This document shows positions 41,713 through 51,519 of a stretch of 64,000 nt of DNA, piece by piece; the first letter of the stretch is position 1, and every line of letters starts with the position of its first letter. A model generated the notes under the pieces. It was not told the DNA's origin. It did not search any database and saw nothing but the letters and a program-made list of their open reading frames with translations. A program made the position numbers and the translations under genes. Source of the DNA: an uncultured Clostridia bacterium (GTDB lineage Bacteria; Bacillota; Clostridia; Christensenellales; UBA1242); NCBI GenBank assembly GCA_934747885.1, contig CAKVHE010000001.1, positions 364,052 through 428,051 on the forward strand. The letters run 5' to 3'.

Positions 41713-42519
41713 TTATCTATAAGTTCCGCGTTTTTTCTCGCATTTTGTCCAACGTTTTTTAATAAATTTTGCGAGCAAACGATGGTTTATTACCACCGAA
41801 CCAAAATGCATAAAGTGGTTAAAGCCACCCGGAATGTAAATGGCCTTATTTTTGTGAACTTTGTTTAGCGAAACACGCGCAACTTTTTTGGTGTCTTGAA
41901 GAGATAGTTTGCCCGAAAATCCTTGTGATTTTATTGACGCCTTCATAGCATCGGTGGTGGCAAGGCTACCTGGGCAGACGGCTGTTATATAGCAATTTTT
42001 GCCTTTTAGTTCTTCGCGCAAGGCTTGCGCCAAACTTGTTAAATATGCCTTGGTGGCAGCATAAGTTGCCATTTGTGGCATTGGATAAAAGCCCGCCATA
42101 CTTGATACAAAAATTATGTAACTTTGCTTTTCGGTATTTCTACGCGCCAAAAAGTTGTAGGTTATGTCGGTGGTACCCACCACATTTACATTAACGCCAC
42201 TAAGCACCTCTTCGCGCGGGGTGCCACAAAAACTGCCCTCAAACAAAAAGCCTGCATTGTTTATTAAAATGTTTAACTCTATTTTGTTGTCGTCAATAAA
42301 CTTAAATAGTTCATCGCGTGATTCCTTTTTTGTTAAATCTGCCGCTTTGGTAAAAATTTCTATCTCTGGATATTCGACTGCTAGTTTTTCTTTTAACGCG
42401 TCTAACCTTTCTTGCTTGGTGGCCGACAAGACCAAATTGTATCCTCTTTTTGCGCATTCGTTGGTATAGGCAAGACCTAGCCCACCTGTTGCGCCGGTTA
42501 TTAGTGCTGTTTGTTTCAT
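41713..42519 (-). CDS. SDR family oxidoreductase
   Basis: TGATGGLGLAY (TGxxxGxG) and YAATKAY (YxxxK) are present. Confidence 0.8.
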   Translation of the reverse strand: MKQTALITGATGGLGLAYTNECAKRGYNLVLSATKQERLDALKEKLAVEYPEIEIFTKAADLTKKESRDELFKFIDDNKIELNILINNAGFLFEGSFCGTPREEVLSGVNVNVVGTTDITYNFLARRNTEKQSYIIFVSSMAGFYPMPQMATYAATKAYLTSLAQALREELKGKNCYITAVCPGSLATTDAMKASIKSQGFSGKLSLQDTKKVARVSLNKVHKNKAIYIPGGFNHFMHFGSVVINHRLLAKFIKKRWTKCEKKRGTYR

Positions 42520-42628
42520 TATTTTTCTCCCTTTGTATAAAATTATCTCACACTGGCTCTACAATGTCTACATTTTTTGTTGCACAATTTATTTGTTTTT
42601 GCTAAAATTATAAGTTAAGTAAAGCCAA

Positions 42629-43831
42629 ATGGAGAAAAAAATGCATACACCTAACGAAAAAGACAGCGAAAACGTGCATAAAAATCACCGATTGCGCGTA
42701 AAAGCCAAATTTATTGAACACGGGCTCGACACTTTTGCCGAACACGAAGTATTGGAACTTTTGCTCTACTACGCCATACCTCAAGCCGACACCAACCCAA
42801 TTGCGCATCGACTATTAAGTCATTATGGCAAACTTTATAATGTTTTAGACGCAAGTTACGACAGTTTAATAGAAAACAAAGACATTGGCGAACATGCCGC
42901 CACCCTTTTAAAACTTATTCCTGCTGTGCTCCAATATTACGCAAGACAAAAGGCTGAAATAAAAGCCGGACTAACCAGCAACATAATTGCTTACAACTAT
43001 GTTTCACGCTTGTTTGCCAGCCTAGACCACGAAGAATTTTACATAATTTGTCTGGACGCGCAGAACAATGTTTTTCATACCAAACGCATTAGCACGGGCG
43101 ACTACAACAAGGTAGAAGTTCCTATCCGCCAAGTAACGGACTATATTTTAAAACATCAAGCCACCCGCATCTTGCTCGCGCACAATCACCCAAAAGCCTC
43201 CGCCGAACCTAGCGACGAAGACTTGGTGTTAACGCACAAGTTGTTCCATAGTTGCGTTTTGAATGATATAGATATTTTGGATCATATTATCTACTCGCCA
43301 ACCGGCTGCTACAGCATGGCACAATCGGGCGTGCTAAGACAAATTAAAAGTGACGTTATTCACATTTTGCGTTATGACGTAAATCAGTTAAAGGCGCGAA
43401 TGTTCTCCACCACCTATGCGGGCTATGAACTAGTGGACGACACCGAATACAACGCCACCATGCAACACACCAAATGGTATGAGCATTTGTGCGACCCTAT
43501 CCCACCCGAACTCGCGCAAGATTTTAGCCCAATTAAAATTAAACCTGTCACCGCCAAGGCCAAAGCCGCAAGCATCGACAACAAAGACAAATTGCAAAAA
43601 ACTTATGCAAAAAGTAGCGAGGTTCCAGTGAGTGCCAGCAAGCAAACCGCACTATTGCCACAAACAAAACCTGCTGGTACTGCTCAAAAGCCACAGTCAA
43701 CTGTGGAAAACAATGCTAAATTGCCCACTACCAAAAAGGCAAATGGCAATGCCAAGCGCAAGAGCGTTGAGCAAAAGCCCTCCAAACTATCTCACCACAA
43801 AAAATTAAACAACGGCATACCATGGGAATAA
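42629..43831 (+). CDS. RadC-like JAB/MPN domain protein with a long disordered C-terminal extension
   Basis: The JAMM motif is LLAHNHPKASAEPSDEDL. About 170 C-terminal residues are low-complexity Lys/Pro/Ala-rich sequence. An alternative start is ATG 42641. Confidence 0.7.
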   Translation: MEKKMHTPNEKDSENVHKNHRLRVKAKFIEHGLDTFAEHEVLELLLYYAIPQADTNPIAHRLLSHYGKLYNVLDASYDSLIENKDIGEHAATLLKLIPAVLQYYARQKAEIKAGLTSNIIAYNYVSRLFASLDHEEFYIICLDAQNNVFHTKRISTGDYNKVEVPIRQVTDYILKHQATRILLAHNHPKASAEPSDEDLVLTHKLFHSCVLNDIDILDHIIYSPTGCYSMAQSGVLRQIKSDVIHILRYDVNQLKARMFSTTYAGYELVDDTEYNATMQHTKWYEHLCDPIPPELAQDFSPIKIKPVTAKAKAASIDNKDKLQKTYAKSSEVPVSASKQTALLPQTKPAGTAQKPQSTVENNAKLPTTKKANGNAKRKSVEQKPSKLSHHKKLNNGIPWE

Positions 43832-43995
43832 AATAGTTTTGGTATAAATAGTTTTTTTTGTAACAAAATAAGTTGGTAAATAGCGGACTTATTTTGTTTT
43901 TTTATTGCAAAAAGATTGCTTTGCTCCGCCTCATTTGGTTGCTTTTTATTTTTTTATTCATATAATAGAAAATAATAAACTTTAAAGGAGAAATT

Positions 43996-45387
43996 ATGAA
44001 AACTAAAAAATCAATCTTGACCGTGCTTTGCGCTTTGTGTTTGTGCTTGCCTTGCTTGCTTTTGACCGCTTGCGGACATGAACATACTTTTAGCCAAGAA
44101 TGGTCGACCTCTTCCACCGAACACTGGCATGCCTGCACCGGCGAAGACTGTGACGAAGTGGAAAGCAAAGGCGCTCACATCGCCAGCGATTGGAAAGTAG
44201 ACACCGCTGCAACTTGTGGAACTGCCGGTAGCCGTCATAAAGAATGTGAAGTTTGCAAATATGTTATGGAAACCGAAACCATCCCAGCAACCGGAAACCA
44301 CACCTACGTGGACGGCATTTGCTCGGTATGCGGAAACATTGAAGCAAACAGAACTGCCATTGTTGAAACCAACGGCACCAAAAAAGCCTACGAAAGTTTT
44401 GTTACTGCAATTAACGAAGCACCAGAAGGCTCTACCGTAACCTTGCTTAAAAATTTGGAACTAGCCGATGGAATTACCCTAAACAAAAACATTACCATTG
44501 ACTTTGGCGGTTATGAATTGTATTTAAATCAAACTAACCCAACCGGCAGCAAAGGTTTGAGAGTTGGCACTGCAACCAAAAAGATTAACGTTTTGTTAAA
44601 AAATGGTACCTATCGCAACAGTTCTTGGCTTATTGCTTTGCAAAAACAAGCAATTTTGACCATTGCTCAAGATATGAACCTTGTTTTGGATAGCACTTCC
44701 ACATTTGGTATTGGCGTTATTGAAGGAACTACCCTAAACTTTTATGGCAAACTTTCTTGCAAAGACGGTTCTAGCGCTTATGGCGTAACCACCTATATCG
44801 GCGACGACGCAATTAACGCAACCATCAACATTTATGCTGGCGCAGAAATTCATTCTAGCCTAGATGCAGTTGTTGCAACTCATGGCACTACTGTTAATGT
44901 TTATGGCACCTTAATTTCGGACACACAATCTGCTTTGTCGGGCAATGGTACGGCTGGAGAAGGTAATATTACCCTTAACATATTTGAAGGCGCTTTGGTT
45001 GAAAGCAAAACCGAAAGCGGCATTTATATGCCAAATTCCGGCGCCCTAAACATTATGGGCGGAACCATCAAAGGCGCAACCGCAGTTTATATTAAATGTG
45101 GCAATGTGACCATTTCGGGTGGCAAACTGGAAGCAACCAAAGAAACCTACGCTGACTATAAATATTACGGCAACGGCTGCAACTCTACTGGTGATGCCAT
45201 TGTTATTGACGCTTGTGGTTATCCTGGTGGGAACCCAACTGTAACCATCTCGGGTGGCGAATTTGTTGTTGCAGACACTGCAAATGCACACAAAATTGGT
45301 TACTACAAATACAACGGCAATGAAGCAACCTTAACCATTGCTCCAGCCTACACAAACGGTTTGTTTACCAAAGTAGTTAACGCGTAA
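43996..45387 (+). CDS. Lipoprotein with a Cys/His-rich module and beta-helix-like repeats
   Basis: The lipobox is LLLTACG. It is followed by HTFSQEWSTSSTEHWHACTGEDC and CEVCKY...CSVCGN. The rest is Gly/Thr/Asn-rich repetitive beta sequence. Confidence 0.6.
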   Translation: MKTKKSILTVLCALCLCLPCLLLTACGHEHTFSQEWSTSSTEHWHACTGEDCDEVESKGAHIASDWKVDTAATCGTAGSRHKECEVCKYVMETETIPATGNHTYVDGICSVCGNIEANRTAIVETNGTKKAYESFVTAINEAPEGSTVTLLKNLELADGITLNKNITIDFGGYELYLNQTNPTGSKGLRVGTATKKINVLLKNGTYRNSSWLIALQKQAILTIAQDMNLVLDSTSTFGIGVIEGTTLNFYGKLSCKDGSSAYGVTTYIGDDAINATINIYAGAEIHSSLDAVVATHGTTVNVYGTLISDTQSALSGNGTAGEGNITLNIFEGALVESKTESGIYMPNSGALNIMGGTIKGATAVYIKCGNVTISGGKLEATKETYADYKYYGNGCNSTGDAIVIDACGYPGGNPTVTISGGEFVVADTANAHKIGYYKYNGNEATLTIAPAYTNGLFTKVVNA

Positions 45388-45484
45388 AACAATTTTTATA
45401 AAAAAGGCTTACCCAGCAATTTGCTGAGTAAGTTTTTTTTTGACAAAATTTTTATAGTTTTTGCGTAAAAATATCATTTATGCC

Positions 45485-45513
45485 TTGACAGCCCGCCCCA
45501 TAAGTGATACAAT
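45485..45513 (+). promoter_or_regulatory. Consensus promoter of the initiator tRNA gene
   Basis: The layout is TTGACA (45485-45490), N17, TACAAT (45508-45513). This lies 15 nt upstream of the tRNA 5' end. Confidence 0.6.
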
Positions 45514-45528
45514 GGCTTTTGTAAACAT

Positions 45529-45605
45529 CGCGGGGTAGAGCAGTCCGGAAGCTCGTTGGGCTCATAACCCAAAGGTCGTAGGTTCAAATCCTGCCCCCGC
45601 AACCA
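45529..45605 (+). tRNA. Initiator tRNA-Met (CAT)
   Basis: The sequence folds as a cloverleaf. The 5' CGCGGGG and 3' CCCCGCAACCA give the C1:A72 mismatch. The anticodon stem has three G:C pairs (GGG-CTCATAA-CCC) and the T-arm reads GGTTCAAATCC. CCA is encoded. Confidence 0.9.
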
Positions 45606-45907
45606 AAAACCTTCTTGGACGAAGTCCGGGAAGGTTTTATTTTTTCACTCTTTACTCTTCACTAAACCGCTCCGGGAAGGTTTTTGTAAGTAATAAGTAA
45701 TAGTAAATAAGTGATAAGGAAAATAATCATGCGTGACGGCGCAAGCCGGATATTTTGCACTATCATTTTGATATCTTTTTCGGCGGCGCAACCATTACCC
45801 CCAAAGACCAAGTCTTGGGGGGTCGTTTTTTACTTATTCTATTTATCGCTTAAATAGTTAAAATAAAAGTCACAAATTTTGCTTGTGACTTTTAACTTAA
45901 AAATTTT

Positions 45908-46591
45908 TTACTTTTCAACCGAAGTGTCTTGCGCGTCCATTTGAATGGACGTTTTTTTTGCTTTTTTGGCCTTAATAAAGGCGTAAATTAGGCTGGCTAC
46001 AATTACTACAACAGCAAGCACTAAAAAGCCGTCTAAGATATAATTTATGTGGTCACCAAATGCCAACGAAAGCAGTAGCATTATGGCGCCAGATATCATA
46101 TTGCCGAGCATAACGGCTAGCACCCCTTTAAAGGTATTCATTTTTAAATAAGCCGCCACCGCTGAACCCGTCCATGCGCCGGTTAGTGGCAATGGCACAG
46201 CAACAAACAGCACCACGCCCCAAAATTTGGTGCGTTCTTTTTTTGAAAGTTCTTCCGCCGAAAGTACTTTTTGCTCCAAATTCTTGGACTTTGCTGAAAA
46301 ATGGTTATCCAAAAACTCGGCAAATTTGCGGAAGACTTTAGTCTTTTTTAGCCAACCAAAAAATGGAAGCAAAAGCGGAATAATTATTAGTGCCGGAATG
46401 GTTGAACCAATTACGGCACACAAATATCCCTGCCACCATTTTAGCGTGCGGGTGCCCCACACGGCACGGTTTAGAGAATATGGCAATGCATAACGCAGTT
46501 CTAGCACTGGTACCATTGCCATAATTATTATGGCTAGCCATACGTTATCGCCAAGCACATTTACTATTAGGTCTTTTAGTGCTTCTTTCAT
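45908..46591 (-). CDS. COG2426-type small multidrug export-like membrane protein
   Basis: A 227 aa product containing MVPVLELRYALPYSL, with multiple TM segments. Confidence 0.55.
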   Translation of the reverse strand: MKEALKDLIVNVLGDNVWLAIIIMAMVPVLELRYALPYSLNRAVWGTRTLKWWQGYLCAVIGSTIPALIIIPLLLPFFGWLKKTKVFRKFAEFLDNHFSAKSKNLEQKVLSAEELSKKERTKFWGVVLFVAVPLPLTGAWTGSAVAAYLKMNTFKGVLAVMLGNMISGAIMLLLSLAFGDHINYILDGFLVLAVVVIVASLIYAFIKAKKAKKTSIQMDAQDTSVEK

Positions 46592-47430
46592 TATAGTTCT
46601 CCAAGCACGGTGGTTAATTCATTTTCTATTTTTTTGCGTCCGGCCGCTGCTTCGGCTTTTACCGTTTCGTCGCCTGAGGCATCTGCCAAAACATACTGCA
46701 ATTCCACAATTTTTAACTTTTGGGTTAATGCCGCAATTTTTTGGCTTGGGTCAGTGTCTATCTCTGGATCAATTTGCGCAAGTCTGCGGGCTAGTTCGTC
46801 CTTTATTCCATAGCGAGTATGCAAAGTTCTTAGTTCAGTTTGGCGTTGCAAATCGGTAAGTTTTTTGTCTTCAAGCACAATTTGAACATACACATAAAGT
46901 TCTTCGGCGTTTTGGTACACGCTGTTTATTGCCATCATTTTGGCTTCGTCGTTTTTGCCATTTTGGTATAGCGCAATTAGCAAATTGTTGCGCACATACA
47001 CTTCGTAACTATCGCTATATATGCTATATTTTTCGGCTAGCGCCTTTTTGCTGGCTTCGTCCACTTTGCTGGCAAATTTTTTAAAATCGTCACCCGAAAT
47101 CATAAGTTTGGCGTATTTTTCTACTTTTGGATAATTTTTACGCGAAATAGATTGTTGCAAAACATTATACAAACTTTCGTTGGTTCGTTTGCGCGCGTAA
47201 TCGCGCTCGTAAACAATATATACCGCATCGTTTGCACCTAGTGCGCCATACACTTTTATGGCAAGTTTTGGAGCAATTGCGGACATGCTTACTAGCACAA
47301 ACGCCAGCGCAAAAACGCCAAGCATCAACGTTTTTAATGCGGTTAAAATTATTGTTTTTGTTAAGATTTGTTTTTCGTTTTTTTCGCTTACGCCACCTTT
47401 TGGCGCTTGAACGTTAGTTGTTTTTTTCAT
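46591..47430 (-). CDS. Membrane-anchored helical-repeat protein (hypothetical)
   Basis: A 279 aa product with one N-terminal TM, followed by sequence rich in predicted helices. Confidence 0.5.
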   Translation of the reverse strand: MKKTTNVQAPKGGVSEKNEKQILTKTIILTALKTLMLGVFALAFVLVSMSAIAPKLAIKVYGALGANDAVYIVYERDYARKRTNESLYNVLQQSISRKNYPKVEKYAKLMISGDDFKKFASKVDEASKKALAEKYSIYSDSYEVYVRNNLLIALYQNGKNDEAKMMAINSVYQNAEELYVYVQIVLEDKKLTDLQRQTELRTLHTRYGIKDELARRLAQIDPEIDTDPSQKIAALTQKLKIVELQYVLADASGDETVKAEAAAGRKKIENELTTVLGEL

Positions 47431-47872
47431 GGTGTGCCCTTTCGTAATCTACAATATCTTGAACGCGTTTTGCGTGCCTGCCCCCTTCAAACGGAACTTT
47501 TGTTAGAGCCAGCACCATACTTATTGCAGTTTTTTCATTTACCAAATCGGCGCCGATGGCAAGCGCGTTGATATCATTTTTTTTGCGCGCGAGTTCGGTA
47601 TCTTTGACGCGTTCGAGCGCCCCAGCCCTAACGCCAGACACTTTGTTCATGGCAATACACGCGCCTACCCCCGTACGGCAAATAAGCACGCCAAAATCTG
47701 CTTGCTTTGATGCAACCAATTCTGCCACCCTAAACGAAAAGACGGTGTAGTCATCTGCGCCGTTTAGTTCAGTTGCGCCACAATCTAAAAACTCAAATTT
47801 ATCTCCAAGTTTTTCTTTTATGCGCGTTTTTAATTTGTATCCGCCGTGGTCGGCTCCAATGGCTATTCTCAT
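47414..47872 (-). CDS. rpiB: Ribose-5-phosphate isomerase B
   Basis: MRIAIGADHGGYKLK and LICRTGVGACIAMNK are present. Confidence 0.9.
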   Translation of the reverse strand: MRIAIGADHGGYKLKTRIKEKLGDKFEFLDCGATELNGADDYTVFSFRVAELVASKQADFGVLICRTGVGACIAMNKVSGVRAGALERVKDTELARKKNDINALAIGADLVNEKTAISMVLALTKVPFEGGRHAKRVQDIVDYERAHHEKNN

Positions 47873-48318
47873 TTTTGCTCCCCACTTAGTTTTTCAATTA
47901 TTTTTACCACTGCAACTTCCGCTTTGCGTGCCATTGCGTAGTAGTGCGATTCGTTTTTCCCGTATGGGTCGTCCAAGTCATCTAGTCCAACAAAACTTTT
48001 TATGGACTGAATTTTTCTATCGTTTGGAAAGGTTTCTAGCAAGGTTCGGCGATGATCATCAGTAACACAAATTACCAAATCTGCCTTGTTGTAAATTTCA
48101 CGCGTGAGTTTGCGTGCTTTATGCTTTGGCACCCGCACCCCAAGCGCTCTTAGCGCCACCTTTGAGTTTTCACTCATAGGCAAGCCATCTGTCGCAAAAA
48201 GACCGGCACTGGTTGCTTTTAAGCCACCAAGCCCCATTTTTTTTGCTTGTTTGTTAAAAATTGCGCTCATTACGGGCGATCTACACGTGTTGCCAGTGCA
48301 TACAAATAAGATATTCAT
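47869..48318 (-). CDS. Low-molecular-weight phosphatase (YwlE-like protein arginine/tyrosine phosphatase)
   Basis: The P-loop is ILFVCTGNTCRSPVM. The position immediately upstream of rpiB matches B. subtilis ywlE-ywlF. Confidence 0.8.
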   Translation of the reverse strand: MNILFVCTGNTCRSPVMSAIFNKQAKKMGLGGLKATSAGLFATDGLPMSENSKVALRALGVRVPKHKARKLTREIYNKADLVICVTDDHRRTLLETFPNDRKIQSIKSFVGLDDLDDPYGKNESHYYAMARKAEVAVVKIIEKLSGEQK

Positions 48319-48382
48319 TTTTCACCTTTCCTTGCAAAATAAATATACCACAAAGCAAAGGTGGTGTCAAAGAATTTGTAAC

Positions 48383-48571
48383 CTATTTAAGGCGTTTGCC
48401 GTTTTGCCTATGGTCGAGTTCCGTCGAAAGTTCGGCAAGTTTGCGCGTTAAACTTGCGTTGTCTTGTTTTAGATAGGCAATATCTCGCTGTTGCAACAAA
48501 ATTTTGTCCTCATATTTTTCAAACTCGCGCTCGACTTCTTTTTTATTTAAACCAAAAAAACTATGCTTCAT
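48383..48571 (-). CDS. Small coiled-coil protein (hypothetical)
   Basis: A 62 aa product starting at MKHSFFGLNKKEVE, preceded by a GGTAGGAGAA RBS. Confidence 0.45.
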   Translation of the reverse strand: MKHSFFGLNKKEVEREFEKYEDKILLQQRDIAYLKQDNASLTRKLAELSTELDHRQNGKRLK

Positions 48572-48628
48572 TTGCTTTTCTCCTACCTTTAGGTTTTGCA
48601 AACAAAGCATAGTTATACTTATTTTACT

Positions 48629-49249
48629 CTATTTTCGTTCGATTGGTGAACCGCAATATGGACAAGAATTTTCGTCCACGCCAAGCGCCACATTTGCGCC
48701 ACAACTTTTGCATTTTGCGTGATACTTGCTTTTTTTGCGCTTTTCAAAGTTTTCTTTTTCTTGCGCAAGCTTTTGAGCCTCAAACTCGTTGCGCTCTTTT
48801 TGCTCTTTTAATTCGGCGTCCCGCACCTTGCGCGCCGTTTCTTTTAATTCTCGTTCCCTCTTTATTTCGTCTTCGTAAAAGGTTACCCTACCAAAGTTTA
48901 TGTAGCACGCCTTTAAATATCCGTTGTCCTTTAAGTATTTAAAGGCTTTTAGCACGGATTTTTCATTAGCCTTGGCCTTTTTAGCAATATCCCTTATTTC
49001 ACGCATACCGTCTTGCTCGATGGCGCGTTCTACCTTGTTGCACAAACGTTGAAAATGCAATTTTTTTAAATAACTTGGCAATGCATAAAGCGAAATTAAG
49101 CATAGCACGGCGCCAAGCATCATGTATAGCGTTTCGGCTTGCTCGATGCCTTGCACTAAAATATATATTCCCGCGCCAAGCACTGCAATTGACACAAAAA
49201 ATAGTAAAACTACTATGGCGCGTTCCTTGGTTACATTCTTTTCTTCCAT
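48629..49249 (-). CDS. Two-TM protein with a charged coiled coil and a C-terminal zinc ribbon
   Basis: A 206 aa product. The C-terminal cysteines read CKSCGANV...CPYCGSPI. Confidence 0.55.
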   Translation of the reverse strand: MEEKNVTKERAIVVLLFFVSIAVLGAGIYILVQGIEQAETLYMMLGAVLCLISLYALPSYLKKLHFQRLCNKVERAIEQDGMREIRDIAKKAKANEKSVLKAFKYLKDNGYLKACYINFGRVTFYEDEIKRERELKETARKVRDAELKEQKERNEFEAQKLAQEKENFEKRKKSKYHAKCKSCGANVALGVDENSCPYCGSPIERK

Positions 49250-49397
49250 AATTCACCTGCTCTGCAATTATAGTTTAACACGAAACGCCCCCAAACTCAA
49301 ATAAAATGTTAAATTTTTGGCAAGAATGTAAAAAAATATTTTACTTTGGTCTATAAATTTGGTACAATTATTGCATAAAATACAATTGGAGCAAATT

Positions 49398-49859
49398 ATG
49401 AATATCACACGTTCGTTAATTTTGGCACTAACGCAAACACAAAGCATTGTTTTGATTGTTGTCGGTGCCCTATTTTTGCTAATTTTTGTTTATAACCTTG
49501 TAGTTTTGTTAAAACAAAAAAAGCAACGCGCCGAGGAGCAAACCCGCGAGGTTGAAGGCGTTAAACAACGCCACGGCGTTAGATACTCGCTAGATATGAC
49601 CATTGTGGACAAACTTGGCGATATGAACATCTCGTTTGGCAAAAACGATTTGCTTTTAAAACAAAATGTTTGTTACATTGTTGACAAAAAGACCCCATTA
49701 AAACCCGGCAAATACACCATATTGGGCACGCACGAAGGCGAAGACACCTTTAATGTCCGCATTGGTGTGTATGTTAAGGAATATCATCACGGGCAAGAAA
49801 TTGTTTTGGCGGAAGATGAAGAAATTACTTCGGTTTCGGCAAACATCATTTTAAGATAA
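49398..49859 (+). CDS. Single-TM protein upstream of the SPFH gene (hypothetical)
   Basis: The start is taken at MNITRSL after GGAG. The TM is IVLIVVGALFLLIFVYNLVVLL. Confidence 0.5.
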   Translation: MNITRSLILALTQTQSIVLIVVGALFLLIFVYNLVVLLKQKKQRAEEQTREVEGVKQRHGVRYSLDMTIVDKLGDMNISFGKNDLLLKQNVCYIVDKKTPLKPGKYTILGTHEGEDTFNVRIGVYVKEYHHGQEIVLAEDEEITSVSANIILR

Positions 49860-49878
49860 CTTTTTTAGGAGAAAAATT

Positions 49879-50931
49879 ATGGGACTATTATCCAAAAACT
49901 TAACTTTAAAAATTGTGGAATGGCAAGACACCACCTCAAACACCATGGTGTACAAATTCCCTATGGACGGCAGAAAACTCTTTTATGGTTCAAAATTAAC
50001 CGTACGTGAATCACAAGTTGCCGTTTTTGTAAACAAAGGTAAAATTGCCGACGTATTTACCCCTGGTATGTACAGTTTGCACACTCAAAACTTACCAATT
50101 TTGTCTAGCCTTTTGGGCTTGCCTTACGGCTTTAAATCGCCTTTCTTTGCCGATGTATACTTTGTAAACACCAAACAATTTACCAACCAAAAATGGGGCA
50201 CAACCAACCCTATTACCATGCGAGATAAAGAGTTTGGCCCAATTCGCTTGCGCGCTTATGGTACTTTTTCGTTTAAAGTTACCGACGCCGGCACTTTTAT
50301 GAAAGAAGTATTTGGCACAAATAGTGAATTTTCTACCGAATCTATTGTTGGTCAACTAAAAAGTATGGTAATTGCCGGCATCAGCGACACCATTGCCGAA
50401 AGCAAAATCTCGGCTCTTGACCTTGCCTGCAACCTACTTGAATTTAATGACGTTGTAAAGAATAATCTTAAAGAAATGTTTGAAAAACTTGGTCTTGGCC
50501 TAACAAACTGCATTATTGAAAACGTTTCGTTCCCAGAAGAAGTAGAAAAAGCCATCGACAAACGCTCATCTATGGGCGTGCTTGGCGACAAAATGGACGA
50601 CTACGTAAAATTCCAGTCGGCCGAAGCCATTCGCGATGCCGCTAAAAATCCGGGCGTTGCTGGCATTGGTACACAAATTGGCACCGGTATGGCACTTGGT
50701 GAAATGGTTAGAGATGCTATGGCACCAAAAACTGCAACCGCAAAAACCGAGACCACTCAAACTGCAACCAAAGAATGCCCAAAATGCAAGGCTCAAAACA
50801 AACCTCGCGCAAAATTCTGCTCAGAATGCGGCGCAAAATTTGATGAAGAAAAGTTTTGCCCAGAATGCGGCGCAAAAGTTTCTAGCCGTGCTAAATTCTG
50901 CCCAGAATGCGGAACCAAAGTTGCAAAATAA
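49879..50931 (+). CDS. SPFH/band-7 domain protein (YdjI-like) with three C-terminal zinc ribbons
   Basis: A 350 aa product. The N-terminus IVEWQDTTSNTMVYKFP and VRESQVAVFVNKGK are typical of this COG4260-type family. The C-terminus reads CPKC..CSECG, CPECG and CPECG. Confidence 0.65.
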   Translation: MGLLSKNLTLKIVEWQDTTSNTMVYKFPMDGRKLFYGSKLTVRESQVAVFVNKGKIADVFTPGMYSLHTQNLPILSSLLGLPYGFKSPFFADVYFVNTKQFTNQKWGTTNPITMRDKEFGPIRLRAYGTFSFKVTDAGTFMKEVFGTNSEFSTESIVGQLKSMVIAGISDTIAESKISALDLACNLLEFNDVVKNNLKEMFEKLGLGLTNCIIENVSFPEEVEKAIDKRSSMGVLGDKMDDYVKFQSAEAIRDAAKNPGVAGIGTQIGTGMALGEMVRDAMAPKTATAKTETTQTATKECPKCKAQNKPRAKFCSECGAKFDEEKFCPECGAKVSSRAKFCPECGTKVAK

Positions 50932-51308
50932 CTTAATGTATTTCCTTTTTAACTACAACCAAAAAGATTTGGAACCTTCCAAGTCTTTTTATTTTACTCG
51001 CGGATCCAAGCAAAAACGGGCACAAGTTTGCAAAACTTGCTTGTGCCAAACAAACTTGCGCTTAAACTATTGGTTAAGGTGCGTGACGCCCTGCGGCTTT
51101 GTCACTGCGCAAAGCGTCTTTGCCCCACCCTGCACTGCAAATAAGACCACTAGCCAAAATTGGCTAAACCCGTTGACGCAAAAGCCAAAGACTTTAAAGC
51201 GGTGCATAAAATTAAAATTTTTTCAAAAACCCAAAAATTTCTATTGACAAAAGCACAAAAGTGGTATAAACTATTATAGTATTTTGGGAGATATCCCAAA
51301 CCCCTTTT

Positions 51309-51384
51309 GGAGGGTTAGCTCAGCTGGGAGAGCATCTGCCTTACAAGCAGGCGGTCGTAGGTTCGAGCCCTACACTCTCCACCA
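51309..51384 (+). tRNA. tRNA-Val (TAC)
   Basis: The acceptor stem is GGAGGGT/ACTCTCC and the D-arm is GCTC-AGCTGGGA-GAGC. The anticodon arm TCTGC-CTTACAA-GCAGG gives anticodon TAC. The T-arm is GTAGG-TTCGAGC-CCTAC. CCA is encoded. Confidence 0.9.
51338..51384 (+). repeat. attL core (3' 47 nt of the intact tRNA-Val)
   Basis: gccttacaagcaggcggtcgtaggttcgagccctacactctccacca is identical to 59611-59657. Confidence 0.9.
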
Positions 51385-51519
51385 TAAAACGCAAGGAAAT
51401 TCCTTGCGTTTTTGTTATTTTGGGGTAGTTTATTCCAAATGGCAAAAAACGCCTTTTTAGCCCTATTTTGTGCAATTTTAAGGGTACGATTAAGGGTATA
51501 AATAAGGGTACGCTATAAG

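Noticed and set aside
50990-51240. A GC-rich hairpin-containing stretch before tRNA-Val (ggcacaag...cttgtgcc, gtgac...gtcac, tagcca-aaa-ttggcta), considered as a possible ncRNA or second att site.
   Set aside because: I found no match to the att core, to the spo0A-region repeats beyond 8-10 nt words, or to any RNA family I recognise. It is left unannotated.
50636-51247. A 203 aa ORF rich in Gln/Asn/Ala/Lys.
   Set aside because: It is an out-of-frame reading of the zinc-ribbon repeats of the SPFH gene that continues into intergenic DNA. It has no RBS.
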